A stretch of 64,000 nt of DNA from an uncultured Gemmatimonadaceae bacterium (GTDB lineage Bacteria; Gemmatimonadota; Gemmatimonadetes; Gemmatimonadales; Gemmatimonadaceae): positions 2,432,001 to 2,496,000 of the forward strand of contig CAVXGK010000002.1 in NCBI GenBank assembly GCA_963761305.1. The letters run 5' to 3'. Shown here in pieces: positions 27,568-39,776 of this stretch. The translations under genes and the position numbers were made by a program. Numbering within the stretch: position 1 is the first letter of the stretch; each line of letters opens with the position of its first letter. Below the pieces are notes generated by a model. The model was not told the origin of the DNA. It searched no databases and worked only from the letters and a program-made list of their open reading frames with translations.

Positions 27568-29433
27568 TCAGACGTCCGCGGTCACGCGCTCGTCGCGGAA
27601 CTGGAGCGCGTGCAGGCGATAGTACGCGCCTCGCTCGGCGATCAGTTGGGCGTGCGTGCCGCGCTCGACGATTTGGCCGTGGTCGAGCACGAGGATCAGG
27701 TTCGCGTGCGTGATCGTCGAGAGCCGGTGCGCGATCACGAAGACGGTGCGTCCGGCGAGCAGCCGGTCGACCGCTTCCTGCACGAGGCGCTCGGATTCGG
27801 TGTCGAGCGCGGACGTCGCTTCGTCGAGAATGAGAATCGGCGGATCGACGAGCAGGGCGCGGGCGATGGCGAGACGCTGGCGCTGCCCGCCGGAGAGCCG
27901 TGTGCCGCGCTCGCCGAGCATCGTGTCGTACTGCTGCGGAAGCGCCATGATGAAGTCGTGCGCGTTGGCGGCCCGCGCGGCCCGCTCGATCTGCTCCTGC
28001 GAGAATCGCTCGGCGGACGCGTAGGCGATGTTGTTGCGCACGGAGTCGTTGAACAGCACCGTGTCCTGGCTGACGATGCCGGTGAGCGAGCGGAGCGACG
28101 CGAGCGTGATCTCGCGCGTGTCGACACCGTCTATGCGAATCGCCCCCGCCGTGGGTTCGTAGAACCTCGGAATGAGGTCGACGAGCGTGCTCTTCCCCGC
28201 GCCGCTGGCGCCGACGAGCGCGACGATCGATCCCTTCGGCGCTTCGAACGCGACGTCGGTGAGCACGGGCTCGGTCTCGTACGCGAAGGACACGTCGTCG
28301 AACTCGACCGAATGTTCGAACGTCTTCACCGTGCGCGTGCCGCGATCGCGGATGTCCTCGGTCGGCTCGTCCAGGACGTCGAACAACCGCTCGGCCGCGG
28401 CGAGCGACTGTTGCGCGGTGGTCGGCGCCTGCGAGAGCTGCTTGAGCGGCGGCAGCAGCGTCATCACCATCGTCATGAACACGATGAGTGATGCCGCGTC
28501 CATGCCGCGGTTCGTCAGCACGTCGACCGCGCCGATCCAGAGGATCAGCACGGCGATCGCCATCCCGATCACCTCGGTGAGCGGCTGCGACAGCGCCGAC
28601 ACGCGGTTGATGCGGACCATGCCTTCCGAGTAGCGATGGCTCGCGCCGCCGAACCGACCGTCTTCGTAGCGCTCGCCGCGGAACGACTTCACCAACCGTA
28701 CGCCGCTGACGACTTCCTGCAACACGCTCGTCGCCTCGCCGAAGTCCGCACGACTCCGCCGATACCCGCGCCGCAAGCGCTTGAGCACGGGCTGGAGCGC
28801 CAGCGTGAGCAACGGAGCGATGATGAGCGACAGCAGCGTCAGCTTGACACTCATCGCGGTCAGGACGGCGATGGTCGCGATGATGGTCGCCGCGTTCTGT
28901 ACAGTGCGCGTCACCAACTCGGTGACGAGCGCCTTCGTCTGGTCGGTGTCGGACAGAATCTTCGATATGACCTGGCCGACCTTCGTCCGCTGGAAATAGC
29001 GGAGCGGCAGGCGTTGCATGTGCGCGAAGACGGCGTCGCGCATGTCGCGCGTCACGTACTCCTGGAGCGACGCGCCAAACTGGCCGGCGAGCCAGACGAA
29101 CACGTTCTTGACCGCGACGACGATCATGATGACGATGATCACCGCAGCCAACGAGCGTCGTGGGTTGGCCTGGTCGACGAAGGCGCCGATCACCCATCGT
29201 TGCGTCGATTGAATCCAGTTCCCCGCGCTGCCGAAGGAGCTCGGTTGGCGGAACAGCGTGTCGAGGAACGGGACGAGCAGCGTATAGGAAAACGCACCCA
29301 GTGCGGCACCGATCACGTTGCACACGACGTTGCCCGCCATGCGCCACCAGTGCGGCCGCAGGAAGACGAGCAGCCGCCGATACTCGGTGAATCGCGGAGG
29401 GCGCACAGGCTCGGTGCCGGCGGTGTAGGTCAC
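27568..29433 (-). CDS. msbA: MsbA-like ABC exporter (TMD-NBD)
   Basis: GASGAGKS, LSGGQRQRLAIARA, ILILDEATSALD; lies with a GT and a lipid A acyltransferase; GTGA overlap at 29430-29433. Confidence 0.85.
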   Translation of the reverse strand: MTYTAGTEPVRPPRFTEYRRLLVFLRPHWWRMAGNVVCNVIGAALGAFSYTLLVPFLDTLFRQPSSFGSAGNWIQSTQRWVIGAFVDQANPRRSLAAVIIVIMIVVAVKNVFVWLAGQFGASLQEYVTRDMRDAVFAHMQRLPLRYFQRTKVGQVISKILSDTDQTKALVTELVTRTVQNAATIIATIAVLTAMSVKLTLLSLIIAPLLTLALQPVLKRLRRGYRRSRADFGEATSVLQEVVSGVRLVKSFRGERYEDGRFGGASHRYSEGMVRINRVSALSQPLTEVIGMAIAVLILWIGAVDVLTNRGMDAASLIVFMTMVMTLLPPLKQLSQAPTTAQQSLAAAERLFDVLDEPTEDIRDRGTRTVKTFEHSVEFDDVSFAYETEPVLTDVAFEAPKGSIVALVGASGAGKSTLVDLIPRFYEPTAGAIRIDGVDTREITLASLRSLTGIVSQDTVLFNDSVRNNIAYASAERFSQEQIERAARAANAHDFIMALPQQYDTMLGERGTRLSGGQRQRLAIARALLVDPPILILDEATSALDTESERLVQEAVDRLLAGRTVFVIAHRLSTITHANLILVLDHGQIVERGTHAQLIAERGAYYRLHALQFRDERVTADV

Positions 29434-30992
29434 CGTCGTGGCGTCAAAAGAGCGACCGGCAGAATGCACTCCTCGGGCGTGACCCCGCCGTGCAGGAACG
29501 AGCCGCGATACCGACTCTGATATTCTCGCAGCTTCGTGGGATACACGAAGAATGAGTCACCGGTGGCGAGCAATGAGTTTGCGCCCATGCCGCGGCGCGG
29601 CAGGCGCAGCGAATCTTCGTTGGTGAACAGCAGCGCCTGCTCCGGGTTCTCGGCGCGCAGGTCCTCGCCGAATTTGTAGCGCAGGTTCTGCGTCGCGTCG
29701 CGTTTGGCGAAGACGGTGGCCGGCGTGCGGCAGTGGATCGAGCCGTGGTCGGTGGTGATCAAGACGCGCACGCGTTTGCGCGACGCCTCCTGCAGCAGCG
29801 CGAACAGCGCCGAGCGCCGGAACCATTGCTGCGTGAGCTGGCGGAGGGCGATCTCGTCCCGGGCGACTTCGTATAGAATCGCCGATTCGGAGCGCCCGTG
29901 GGTGAGCAGATCCACAAAGTTGAATACGAACGCCGAGATGCCTTCGGGAGCGATCGCGCGCGCCAGGCGGCGGGCGAGGTCGTCGCCCTCGGCGGCGGTG
30001 GAGATCTTTTCGTAGCGAACGGGCAGCTTGCGATTCAGCTCGACGAGCTGCGCCTCGAGGAGCTGGCGTTCGTGCGCGTTGAGCGTCTCGTCTTCACGTT
30101 CGCCCCACCAGTCGGGGAAGCGGGCGGCGATCTCGCCGGGAAAGAGCCCGCTGAACAGCGCGTTGCGCGAGAACGGCGTCGCCGTCGGCAAGATGCTGAA
30201 GTAGTGCGTCGTCTCGACGTCGAATAGCGGCGCGATGAACGGTTCGAGCGTGCGCCACTGATCGAGTCGCAGGCAGTCGATCACAATGAACACCGCCTGC
30301 TTCGCCCCGTCGAACATGGGCATGAGGAACTCCGGCACGATGTCGATCGACATCGGCGGCCGGTCGCCCTCGAGGTTCTTGAGCCACTCCGGGTACGCCC
30401 GCTTCATGAAGCCGGCGAATTCGCGTCGCAGATCGGGATAGAGGCCCTGCAGCGATTCGTAGAGCCCCATCTCGTTGGCGGTGGTGAGCTCGAGGTCCCA
30501 GCGTGTGAGCTCGGCGTAGCGGTCGATCCACTGTCGCCAGGTGAGTCCGCGGAACGATTCGGTCTGCATCTCGCGAAACCGCGTCACGAACTCGCGCGCG
30601 ACGGCCTGCTGGCGAATGCGCGCGCCCTCGAGCAGTCGCGTGACGGCCGCGTAGACCTGTCGCGGCGAGACAGGCTTCACGAGGTAGCCCTCGAGCGCCG
30701 CGCCGAGCGCTTCGGTCATCGTCGAGTCTTCTTCGCTCTTCGTGACCATGACGATGGCGAGATTCGGATCGATCTCGCGCAGCTCGCGGAGCGCGTCGAG
30801 ACCGCGCCGGCCGGGCATCTGCTCGTCGAGCAGCACCAGGCTGAACGGCCTGCGTCGGACGAGCTCCAGCGCGTCCTCGGCGTTGGTCACTGTCTCGACC
30901 TCGAACCCTTTGTCTCGCAAGAAGATGCGGTGGGGTTCGAGCATCTCCGCCTCGTCGTCGATCCAGAGGACGGACTTCGCCGGATGCGCCAT
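29430..30992 (-). CDS. Response regulator with PglZ/alkaline-phosphatase domain (PorX-like)
   Basis: LWIDDE, LLDEQMPG, MVTKSEE; IVIDCLRLDQW, SILPTATPFSRNALFSG, NFVDLLTH, TTDHG, HGGVTPEE. Confidence 0.9.
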   Translation of the reverse strand: MAHPAKSVLWIDDEAEMLEPHRIFLRDKGFEVETVTNAEDALELVRRRPFSLVLLDEQMPGRRGLDALRELREIDPNLAIVMVTKSEEDSTMTEALGAALEGYLVKPVSPRQVYAAVTRLLEGARIRQQAVAREFVTRFREMQTESFRGLTWRQWIDRYAELTRWDLELTTANEMGLYESLQGLYPDLRREFAGFMKRAYPEWLKNLEGDRPPMSIDIVPEFLMPMFDGAKQAVFIVIDCLRLDQWRTLEPFIAPLFDVETTHYFSILPTATPFSRNALFSGLFPGEIAARFPDWWGEREDETLNAHERQLLEAQLVELNRKLPVRYEKISTAAEGDDLARRLARAIAPEGISAFVFNFVDLLTHGRSESAILYEVARDEIALRQLTQQWFRRSALFALLQEASRKRVRVLITTDHGSIHCRTPATVFAKRDATQNLRYKFGEDLRAENPEQALLFTNEDSLRLPRRGMGANSLLATGDSFFVYPTKLREYQSRYRGSFLHGGVTPEECILPVALLTPRR

Positions 30993-31062
30993 GGCCCAAA
31001 TATATCGGCCGCGTGAGCGGCCAAGCTATCGAAGTGCGTTTGCAAAAGGCACATTGTCAGCG

Positions 31063-31452
31063 ATGCCGAACCCGCCGTACGCGGTTCCCGCCACCAGCTT
31101 CCGCTTCGCCGCGCTCGCGACGCTCGCCGGCAAGGCGCCGCTCGGCGGCCGGCGTGAGGTGGCGCTCGCCGTGTACCTCGCGGCTCGGCTGGCCGACGAC
31201 ACGCTGCCCGAGCGCGGAGTGTCTCCCCAGGCGAGAACGGAGCGCGCGACGCATGCGAAGAGCTGGCTGTCGTCGATGGCGCTGGCGGTGCCGGTCCGAT
31301 CCGCGCTGGCTCGGTTGATCGAGGCGACGGCAGCGGGACCCGTCGCGGCGGCAACGGCGCTTCCAGCGGTCATCTCGGCGACCGGCAGCCATCTCGACAC
31401 GAGTTCCCGAGCCGAATTGGATCATTTGACCGCGTCTTTGGCCGGCGCTTGA
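31063..31452 (+). CDS. Hypothetical helical protein
   Basis: ATG 31063; ORF fills the gap before the DnaB-like gene; no recognised motif. Confidence 0.6.
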   Translation: MPNPPYAVPATSFRFAALATLAGKAPLGGRREVALAVYLAARLADDTLPERGVSPQARTERATHAKSWLSSMALAVPVRSALARLIEATAAGPVAAATALPAVISATGSHLDTSSRAELDHLTASLAGA

Positions 31453-31512
31453 TTCTCGCCGTTTTGTCGTCGTCCTTGCTCTCGGCTGTGCAATCGTGAG
31501 TATTGGGACCTC

Positions 31513-32364
31513 ATGACGCGCACGACAGACATCTCGCCACTCTCAGTCCTGCTCTCGCGCGTCGACGCCGTCAGTGACGGCGCCCCGCCGCCCTCGACTG
31601 TCGCCACCGGTTTCGCCAGCGTCGACAAGATGCTCGGCGGCGGCCTGCGCCGCGGCGATCTGGTCGTCATCGGCGGCGACACGGCGAGCGGAAAGTCGGC
31701 GCTCGCGCTGGCGTTCGCGATCCGCATGTCGCTCGCGCAGTCGCGGGTGCTGTTCCTGAGCGCCGAGATGTCGGCCGAGCGTGTGTTGGAGCGCATCATC
31801 GCGATGGAAGCGCGCACACGGATCGACGACCTTCGCCAGGGCACGCTCGACGACATGGCGCGCGCGAACGCCGGAACGGTCGCGCTCAAGCTGCGCGAGA
31901 CGCTTCCGGTGGTGGACCGTCTCCCATTCGGCGGCGTCGCGGCGATCGCCGCGGTGCTCGACGGCTTGCCGATGACCGAGGTAATCGTTGTCGACAGCCT
32001 GAGCGCGACAGTGTCGGGGCAGGCGGTGTGGGACGACGATTTGGCGCGCGCCGTGAAAGATCTCAAAACGCTGGCGCTCGAGCGCCAGGTCGTCATCGTG
32101 ACCACGACGACGATCGCGAGCGCCGGTGCGCGATCGGACCGCCGGCCGCTGCTCGACGACTTCGGCGCCCGCGGCGCGATCAAGGAACACGCCGACGTGG
32201 TGATGGCGCTCTTCCGCGAGCACATGTATCAACCGGCGCGCGACATCGAAGGCGCGACGGAGCTGCTGGTGCGGAAGAACCGCAACGGTCCGACGGGCTA
32301 CATCGACCTCTATTTCTACGCTCAGTGGATGCGGTTCGAGGATATGCTGGATCCGGAGAGGTGA
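31513..32364 (+). CDS. DnaB-like helicase C-terminal (RecA-fold) domain protein lacking the DnaB N-terminal domain
   Basis: TGFASVDKMLGGGL, GGDTASGKS, FLSAEM, VVDSL, HADVV, KNRNGPTG. Confidence 0.85.
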   Translation: MTRTTDISPLSVLLSRVDAVSDGAPPPSTVATGFASVDKMLGGGLRRGDLVVIGGDTASGKSALALAFAIRMSLAQSRVLFLSAEMSAERVLERIIAMEARTRIDDLRQGTLDDMARANAGTVALKLRETLPVVDRLPFGGVAAIAAVLDGLPMTEVIVVDSLSATVSGQAVWDDDLARAVKDLKTLALERQVVIVTTTTIASAGARSDRRPLLDDFGARGAIKEHADVVMALFREHMYQPARDIEGATELLVRKNRNGPTGYIDLYFYAQWMRFEDMLDPER

Positions 32365-32435
32365 GGGGTGCGGAGGCGGTGTGCGGAGAAGCGCCGCTAT
32401 CTGACGTTGGTCTCCGTACTCCGCCACCGCACCCC
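32365..32435. repeat. Imperfect inverted repeat built from 7-bp GTGCGGA-type units
   Basis: ggggtgcggaggcggtgtgcggaga ... tctccgtactccgccaccgcacccc. Confidence 0.75.
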
Positions 32436-32486
32436 GTCCCCGTCGCGACCTATATTTCAGGCCGAACCTTCTGCCCGGTTTGCGCT

Positions 32487-33236
32487 ATGGCTGGCCACAG
32501 CAAATGGAAGCAAATCAAGCACTACAAGGCGGCCACGGACGCCAAGCGCGGCGCGCTGTTCACCAAGCTGATCCGCGAGATCACGATGGCCGCCAAGATC
32601 GGCGGCGGGGATCCGGGCGGTAATCCGCGCCTTCGCCTCGCCATCGACACAGCGCGGTCCAACTCGATGCCGAAGGAGAACATCGAGCGCGCGGTCAAGA
32701 AGGGGACAGGCGAACTGGAAGGCGTCGACTACCGCGAGGTCACGTACGAAGGTTTCGGTCCGGGCGGCGTCGCCCTGCTGATCGACGCGGTGACCGACAA
32801 TCCCACGCGCACCGTCGCCGAAGTCCGCAGCAAGATGACTCGGCTCGGCGGCAACCTCGGCGCGCCGAATTCGGTGGCGTGGATGTTCGAGAAGAAGGGC
32901 CAGATCTACGTCGAGGCGTCGACGATCGGCGAAGACGCACTGATGGAAGCGGCGCTCGACGCCGGCGCCGAAGACGTGGCGCGCGAAGACGAGCGATTCC
33001 TCGTGTCGACGGCTCCGCCCGACCTTCATTTAGTGCAAGAGCGACTCGTGAAAGCGGGGATCAAGATCGCCGAAGCCGAGCTGGCGATGGTGCCCAAGAA
33101 CACGGTGAACGTGGGCGGCAAGGACGGCGACGCGTTGCTCAAGCTGCTCGAGACGATCGAAGAGCTCGACGATGTGCAGAAAGTCTGGGCCAACTTCGAC
33201 ATGGACGTGACCGAGATGGCGCGGAGCAACGGGTGA
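32487..33236 (+). CDS. yebC: YebC/PmpR family protein
   Basis: MAGHSKW, NPRLRLA, YEGFGPGG, TDNPTRT, DDVQKVWAN. Confidence 0.96.
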   Translation: MAGHSKWKQIKHYKAATDAKRGALFTKLIREITMAAKIGGGDPGGNPRLRLAIDTARSNSMPKENIERAVKKGTGELEGVDYREVTYEGFGPGGVALLIDAVTDNPTRTVAEVRSKMTRLGGNLGAPNSVAWMFEKKGQIYVEASTIGEDALMEAALDAGAEDVAREDERFLVSTAPPDLHLVQERLVKAGIKIAEAELAMVPKNTVNVGGKDGDALLKLLETIEELDDVQKVWANFDMDVTEMARSNG

Positions 33237-33261
33237 CACGAGTGAGACGCGACTCGGCCCG

Positions 33262-33800
33262 GTGATCGTCCTCGGGATCGATCCGGGCACGGCGAACACC
33301 GGCTACGGTGTCGTGAAGGGGGGGGAGACGGCCCCGACATGGGTTCCGTCTCCCTTGTCGAATGTGGTGTCATCCGAACGAACCCCCGCCACGAGCTCGC
33401 GAGCCGGCTGCGCGACATCCACGAAGGCGTCGTCGAGCTGATCGAGCGGCACAAGCCGAACGCGTTGTGCGTGGAAGACGTCTTCTACGCGAAGAACGTG
33501 CGAACGACCGTGGTGCTCGGACACGCGCGCGGCGTCGTGCTGCTCGCCGGGTGTAGCGCCGGTCTCGAGATCCTCGAGCTTCCACCGGCTGAGATCAAGA
33601 AGGCGATCGTCGGCACGGGCGCGGCGACGAAGGAGCAAGTGCAGTTCATGCTCACGCGCCTGCTGCGGTTGAAATCCGCGCCGCAGCCGACCGACGCGTC
33701 GGACGGCGTCGCGGCGGCGATCGCGGGACTGGTCTCCGCACACCGCCTCCGCACGCTGGCGCGAGTCGCGCCCGGTCTCGCCCGCGGTCTCGCCACATGA
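33262..33800 (+). CDS. ruvC: Holliday junction resolvase RuvC; frameshifted at the G8 run (33318-33325) as assembled
   Basis: VIVLGIDPGTANTGYGVV from GTG 33262; VEDVFY, GHARG, IKKAIVGTGAATKEQV and DASDGVA in the 33339 frame. Confidence 0.92.
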
Positions 33801-34396
33801 TCTCTCATGTAAGTGGGACGCTGGTCGCCAAAGAGCTGGATCGCGTCGAGATCATGACGGCGGGCGGCGTGGCCTACGAACTGTCGATTCCGCTCAACGT
33901 CTACGAGTCGTTGCCGCGCGCCGGCGAACCCGCGTCGCTGCACACGTATCTCGTCGTGAAGGACGACGGCTGGCAACTGTACGGATTCTCGACGTCGCAC
34001 GAGCGGCGCGTGTTTCAGCGCGTGCTCGACGCCAAGGGTGTGGGCCCTTCTCTCGCGCTGGGCCTGCTGTCGACGCTCACCGCCGACCGCCTCGTTCGCG
34101 CGTTGCGCGACAAGGACTTGGCAACGTTGCAGAGTGTGCCGCGCGTAGGAAGGAAGAAGGCCGAACAACTCATTCTGGATCTCGCCGACAAGCTCGACGA
34201 CCTGCATGTTTCCGCTCCCGGCGGGCGACCGTCAGGCGGAGTACCCGGCGCGGAGGATGGCATTCGCGCGCTCGTGTCGTTGGGCTACTCGACCCCCGAC
34301 GCCGAACGCGCGGTCAAAGCGGCGCTCGACGACGGGGCGCGACCCGGCGACGCGGCGGATCTCATCCGGCGCGCGCTCGGCAAGATTCGAGGCTAA
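33797..34396 (+). CDS. ruvA: Holliday junction branch migration protein RuvA
   Basis: GGVAYEL, LYGF, GVGPSLAL, VPRVGRKKAE, ALVSLGY. Confidence 0.96.
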   Translation: MISHVSGTLVAKELDRVEIMTAGGVAYELSIPLNVYESLPRAGEPASLHTYLVVKDDGWQLYGFSTSHERRVFQRVLDAKGVGPSLALGLLSTLTADRLVRALRDKDLATLQSVPRVGRKKAEQLILDLADKLDDLHVSAPGGRPSGGVPGAEDGIRALVSLGYSTPDAERAVKAALDDGARPGDAADLIRRALGKIRG

Positions 34397-34416
34397 CCGC
34401 AGGACGGAGACGACAC

Positions 34417-35574
34417 GTGCTCGCAGCTCGACGAACCTCGACGTTCACCGAATCCGTGATCCGCGAAATGACGCGGATCGCCGCCATGCACAACGCCGTG
34501 AACCTGGCGCAGGGATTTCCCGACTTCCCGATGCCCGACGCCATGAAAGCCGCTGCCTGCGCGGCGATCAACGGCGACATCAACCAGTACGCGGTCACGT
34601 GGGGCGCGCCGGTGCTGCGGCAAGCGATCGCCGAGAAGTACCGCCGCTTCTATGACATGGAAGTCGATCCCGATCGCGACGTGACGGTGACGTGCGGAGC
34701 GACGGAGGCGATGGCGTCGGTGTTCATGGCGCTGATGGACCCGGGCGATGAAGTGATCATCCCCGAGCCGTTTTACGAGAACTATGGTCCGGACGCGATT
34801 CTGGCGGGCGCGAAGCCGGTGTTCGTGCCGATGGAGCGTCCCGACTGGACGTTCGATCCCGACCGTCTGCGCAAGGCGTTCACCTCGCGCACGAAGGCGA
34901 TCATCGTCAACACGCCGCACAACCCGACGGGCCGCGTGCTGACGCGCGAAGAGATGTCGATGATCGCGAACCTGTGCGTCGAACACAACGCATGGGCGAT
35001 CACCGACGCGCCGTACGAGCACATGATCTACAAGGGCCATCACCACGAGATCGCGACGTGGCCCGGCATGCGCGAGCGGACGATCACGATCTCGTCGCTC
35101 TCGAAGACGTACAGCTGCACCGGCTGGCGCATCGGCTGGATCATCGCGCCGCCCGCGCAGACGGGGCCGATTCGCAAGGTCCACGACTTTCTCACCGTCG
35201 GCGCGCCGGCGCCTCTCCAAACCGCTGCCGCCGTCGGCTTCGCGTTCGGGCCCGACTACTACAACGAGTTCTCCGCGAACTACAAGCACCGCCGTGACTT
35301 CCTGTGCAACGTGCTGCGCGAACAAGGATTCGAGTTCGCGACCCCCGAGGGAGCGTACTTCGTGCTCGCCGACTTCTCCAAGATCAGCGATCTCGATGAC
35401 GTCACGTTCGCCAAGTGGATGACCGCGGAGATCGGCGTCGCCACCGTGCCCGGGTCGAGCTTCTACTCGAACAAGGAAGACGGACGGAGCTTCACCCGCT
35501 TCGCGTTCTGTAAAAAGCAATCGACGCTCGACGATGCGGCCGAACGGCTCTCGCGATTGCGGGCAACCGTGTAG
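34417..35574 (+). CDS. Class I/II PLP-dependent aminotransferase (YbdL/kynurenine aminotransferase-like)
   Basis: NLAQGFPDF, GATEA, NTPHNPTG, SLSKTYSCTGWRIG, RFAFCK. Confidence 0.92.
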   Translation: MLAARRTSTFTESVIREMTRIAAMHNAVNLAQGFPDFPMPDAMKAAACAAINGDINQYAVTWGAPVLRQAIAEKYRRFYDMEVDPDRDVTVTCGATEAMASVFMALMDPGDEVIIPEPFYENYGPDAILAGAKPVFVPMERPDWTFDPDRLRKAFTSRTKAIIVNTPHNPTGRVLTREEMSMIANLCVEHNAWAITDAPYEHMIYKGHHHEIATWPGMRERTITISSLSKTYSCTGWRIGWIIAPPAQTGPIRKVHDFLTVGAPAPLQTAAAVGFAFGPDYYNEFSANYKHRRDFLCNVLREQGFEFATPEGAYFVLADFSKISDLDDVTFAKWMTAEIGVATVPGSSFYSNKEDGRSFTRFAFCKKQSTLDDAAERLSRLRATV

Positions 35575-35581
35575 GGCCGGT

Positions 35582-35829
35582 AACTGCAACTGCTTCAACG
35601 CAGAGGCGCAGAGACGCAGAGGACGGCCGCGGAGGCCAGCTTCTTCGCGCAACGAGCCGGGATGTTTTTGTTGAAAGCCGCTCGGGAAGCCTCGGCGCGA
35701 CGCCTCAAGCCTCCACGGAATTCGTAGCTTCCCGAGCGGCTGTTCCCCAAAGAGTCCCGGCTCGTTGCGCGACGAAGGTAGCCTCTGCGGCCCCTCTCTG
35801 CGGCTCTGCGCCTCTGCGGTGAAGCAGTT
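35582..35829. repeat. About 240-bp imperfect palindrome with CGCAGAG-type terminal units (MITE/REP-like)
   Basis: Arm 35588-35690 is the near-exact reverse complement of 35727-35829. Confidence 0.9.
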
Positions 35830-35896
35830 CGAGAGCTGGCCCAATAGAGTGGCCCGCGAGGCGCTTACGGCAACTCTTCGGGTATATTAGAAGCCA

Positions 35897-36922
35897 ATGT
35901 CGCGCGCCGAGATCACCACGCCCGAGGTGCTCGTCGACGAATCCGTCGTCGAGCTGTCGCTGCGACCGCAGCGGCTGTCGGAGTTCATCGGCCAGGACAA
36001 GGTGAAGGACGCGCTGCGGATCTACATCGACGCCGCGCTCCAGCGCCGCGAGCCGCTCGACCACACGCTCTTCTTCGGGCCGCCCGGACTCGGCAAGACG
36101 ACGCTCGCCGAGCTGATCGCGCGCGAGCTGGGCGTGAACATCCATACGAGCTCGGGGCCCGCGCTCGAGAAACCGGGCGACCTCGTGTCGACGCTCACCA
36201 ACCTTCGGCGCGGCGACATCCTGTTCATCGACGAGATCCATCGACTGCGGCCGATCATCGAAGAATTTCTCTATCCGGCGATGGAGGACTACAAGATCGA
36301 GATCCGGCTCGGCGACGGACCGAAGGCGAACACGGTGACGATGGAGATCGAGGAGTTCACACTCGTCGGCGCGACGACTCGGCTCGGCATGCTCACCGCG
36401 CCGATGCGCGCGCGCTTCGGCATCGAGCAGCGGCTCAACTTCTATCCGGCGGACGATCTCGAGCTGATCGTCCAACGCACCGCCGACGTGCTCAAGGTGG
36501 ACGTGCATCCGGCCGGCGCGAATGAGATCGCGCGACGTGCACGCGGAACGCCTCGCGTCGCCAACCGCCTGCTGCGCCGAGTGCGGGACTTCGCGCAGGT
36601 GCGCGGCAACGGTGTCGTCACCAAAGCGATCGCCGATCAGGCGCTGTCGATGCTCGACGTCGACGCGTTCGGGCTCGACGACATGGACTCGCGCATCCTG
36701 CGCACGATCATCGAGAAGTTCGACGGCGGCCCGGTCGGACTCAACACGATCGCCGTCGCCATCGGCGAGGACGCGAACACGATCGAAGAGGTGTACGAGC
36801 CGTTCCTGGTGCAGCACGGATTCCTGCAGCGGACGCCGCGCGGCCGAACGGCTACGCGGGCGGCATACGAACACTTCGGAATCGTCGCCCCCGGGGCGAC
36901 GGGGCAAGCTACGCTCTTTTAG
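35897..36922 (+). CDS. ruvB: Holliday junction helicase RuvB
   Basis: [49 protein letters not shown]. Confidence 0.98.
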   Translation: MSRAEITTPEVLVDESVVELSLRPQRLSEFIGQDKVKDALRIYIDAALQRREPLDHTLFFGPPGLGKTTLAELIARELGVNIHTSSGPALEKPGDLVSTLTNLRRGDILFIDEIHRLRPIIEEFLYPAMEDYKIEIRLGDGPKANTVTMEIEEFTLVGATTRLGMLTAPMRARFGIEQRLNFYPADDLELIVQRTADVLKVDVHPAGANEIARRARGTPRVANRLLRRVRDFAQVRGNGVVTKAIADQALSMLDVDAFGLDDMDSRILRTIIEKFDGGPVGLNTIAVAIGEDANTIEEVYEPFLVQHGFLQRTPRGRTATRAAYEHFGIVAPGATGQATLF

Positions 36923-36980
36923 TAGCCCCGAACGGCCTCGGGCTGGCTTCTCGCGGCTGGCGAGCGTCGCGGATCGGGAA

Positions 36981-37111
36981 GCGAGCCTAGCCTCGAGCAG
37001 GGAGCTCGAGCAGGAGCAGTGAGCAATAGAGCCGGAAGCGACGCGTCAAACTCGAGTGACGGTGGCCGGCTCAAAGCTCATGCTTAAGCTCATGCTCGCG
37101 GCTCGGCTCGC
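36981..37111. repeat. Imperfect inverted repeat of about 6-bp GAGCxx/xxGCTC units
   Basis: gcgagcctagcctcgagcag...gagccgg versus ccggctcaaagctcatgcttaagctcatgctcgcggctcggctcgc. Confidence 0.65.
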
Positions 37112-37168
37112 GCCAACGGCCGAGATGTCTGTTCAAACCCTCGACACCCGAACGTCAAGCTCGCCCAA

Positions 37169-39772
<2,604 letters not shown>

Positions 39773-39776
<4 letters not shown>

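Noticed and set aside
29430..30992. BREX defence system
   Set aside because: PglZ is fused to a receiver domain (PorX type) and no brxABC, pglX or brxL genes are nearby
31046..31061. Sigma54 promoter-like GG-N10-GC (aggcacattgtcagc)
   Set aside because: It ends about 2 nt before the ATG, so the TSS would fall inside the gene
31513..32364. Prophage or ICE replication module
   Set aside because: No integrase, primase or structural genes; flanks are core genes with the same composition
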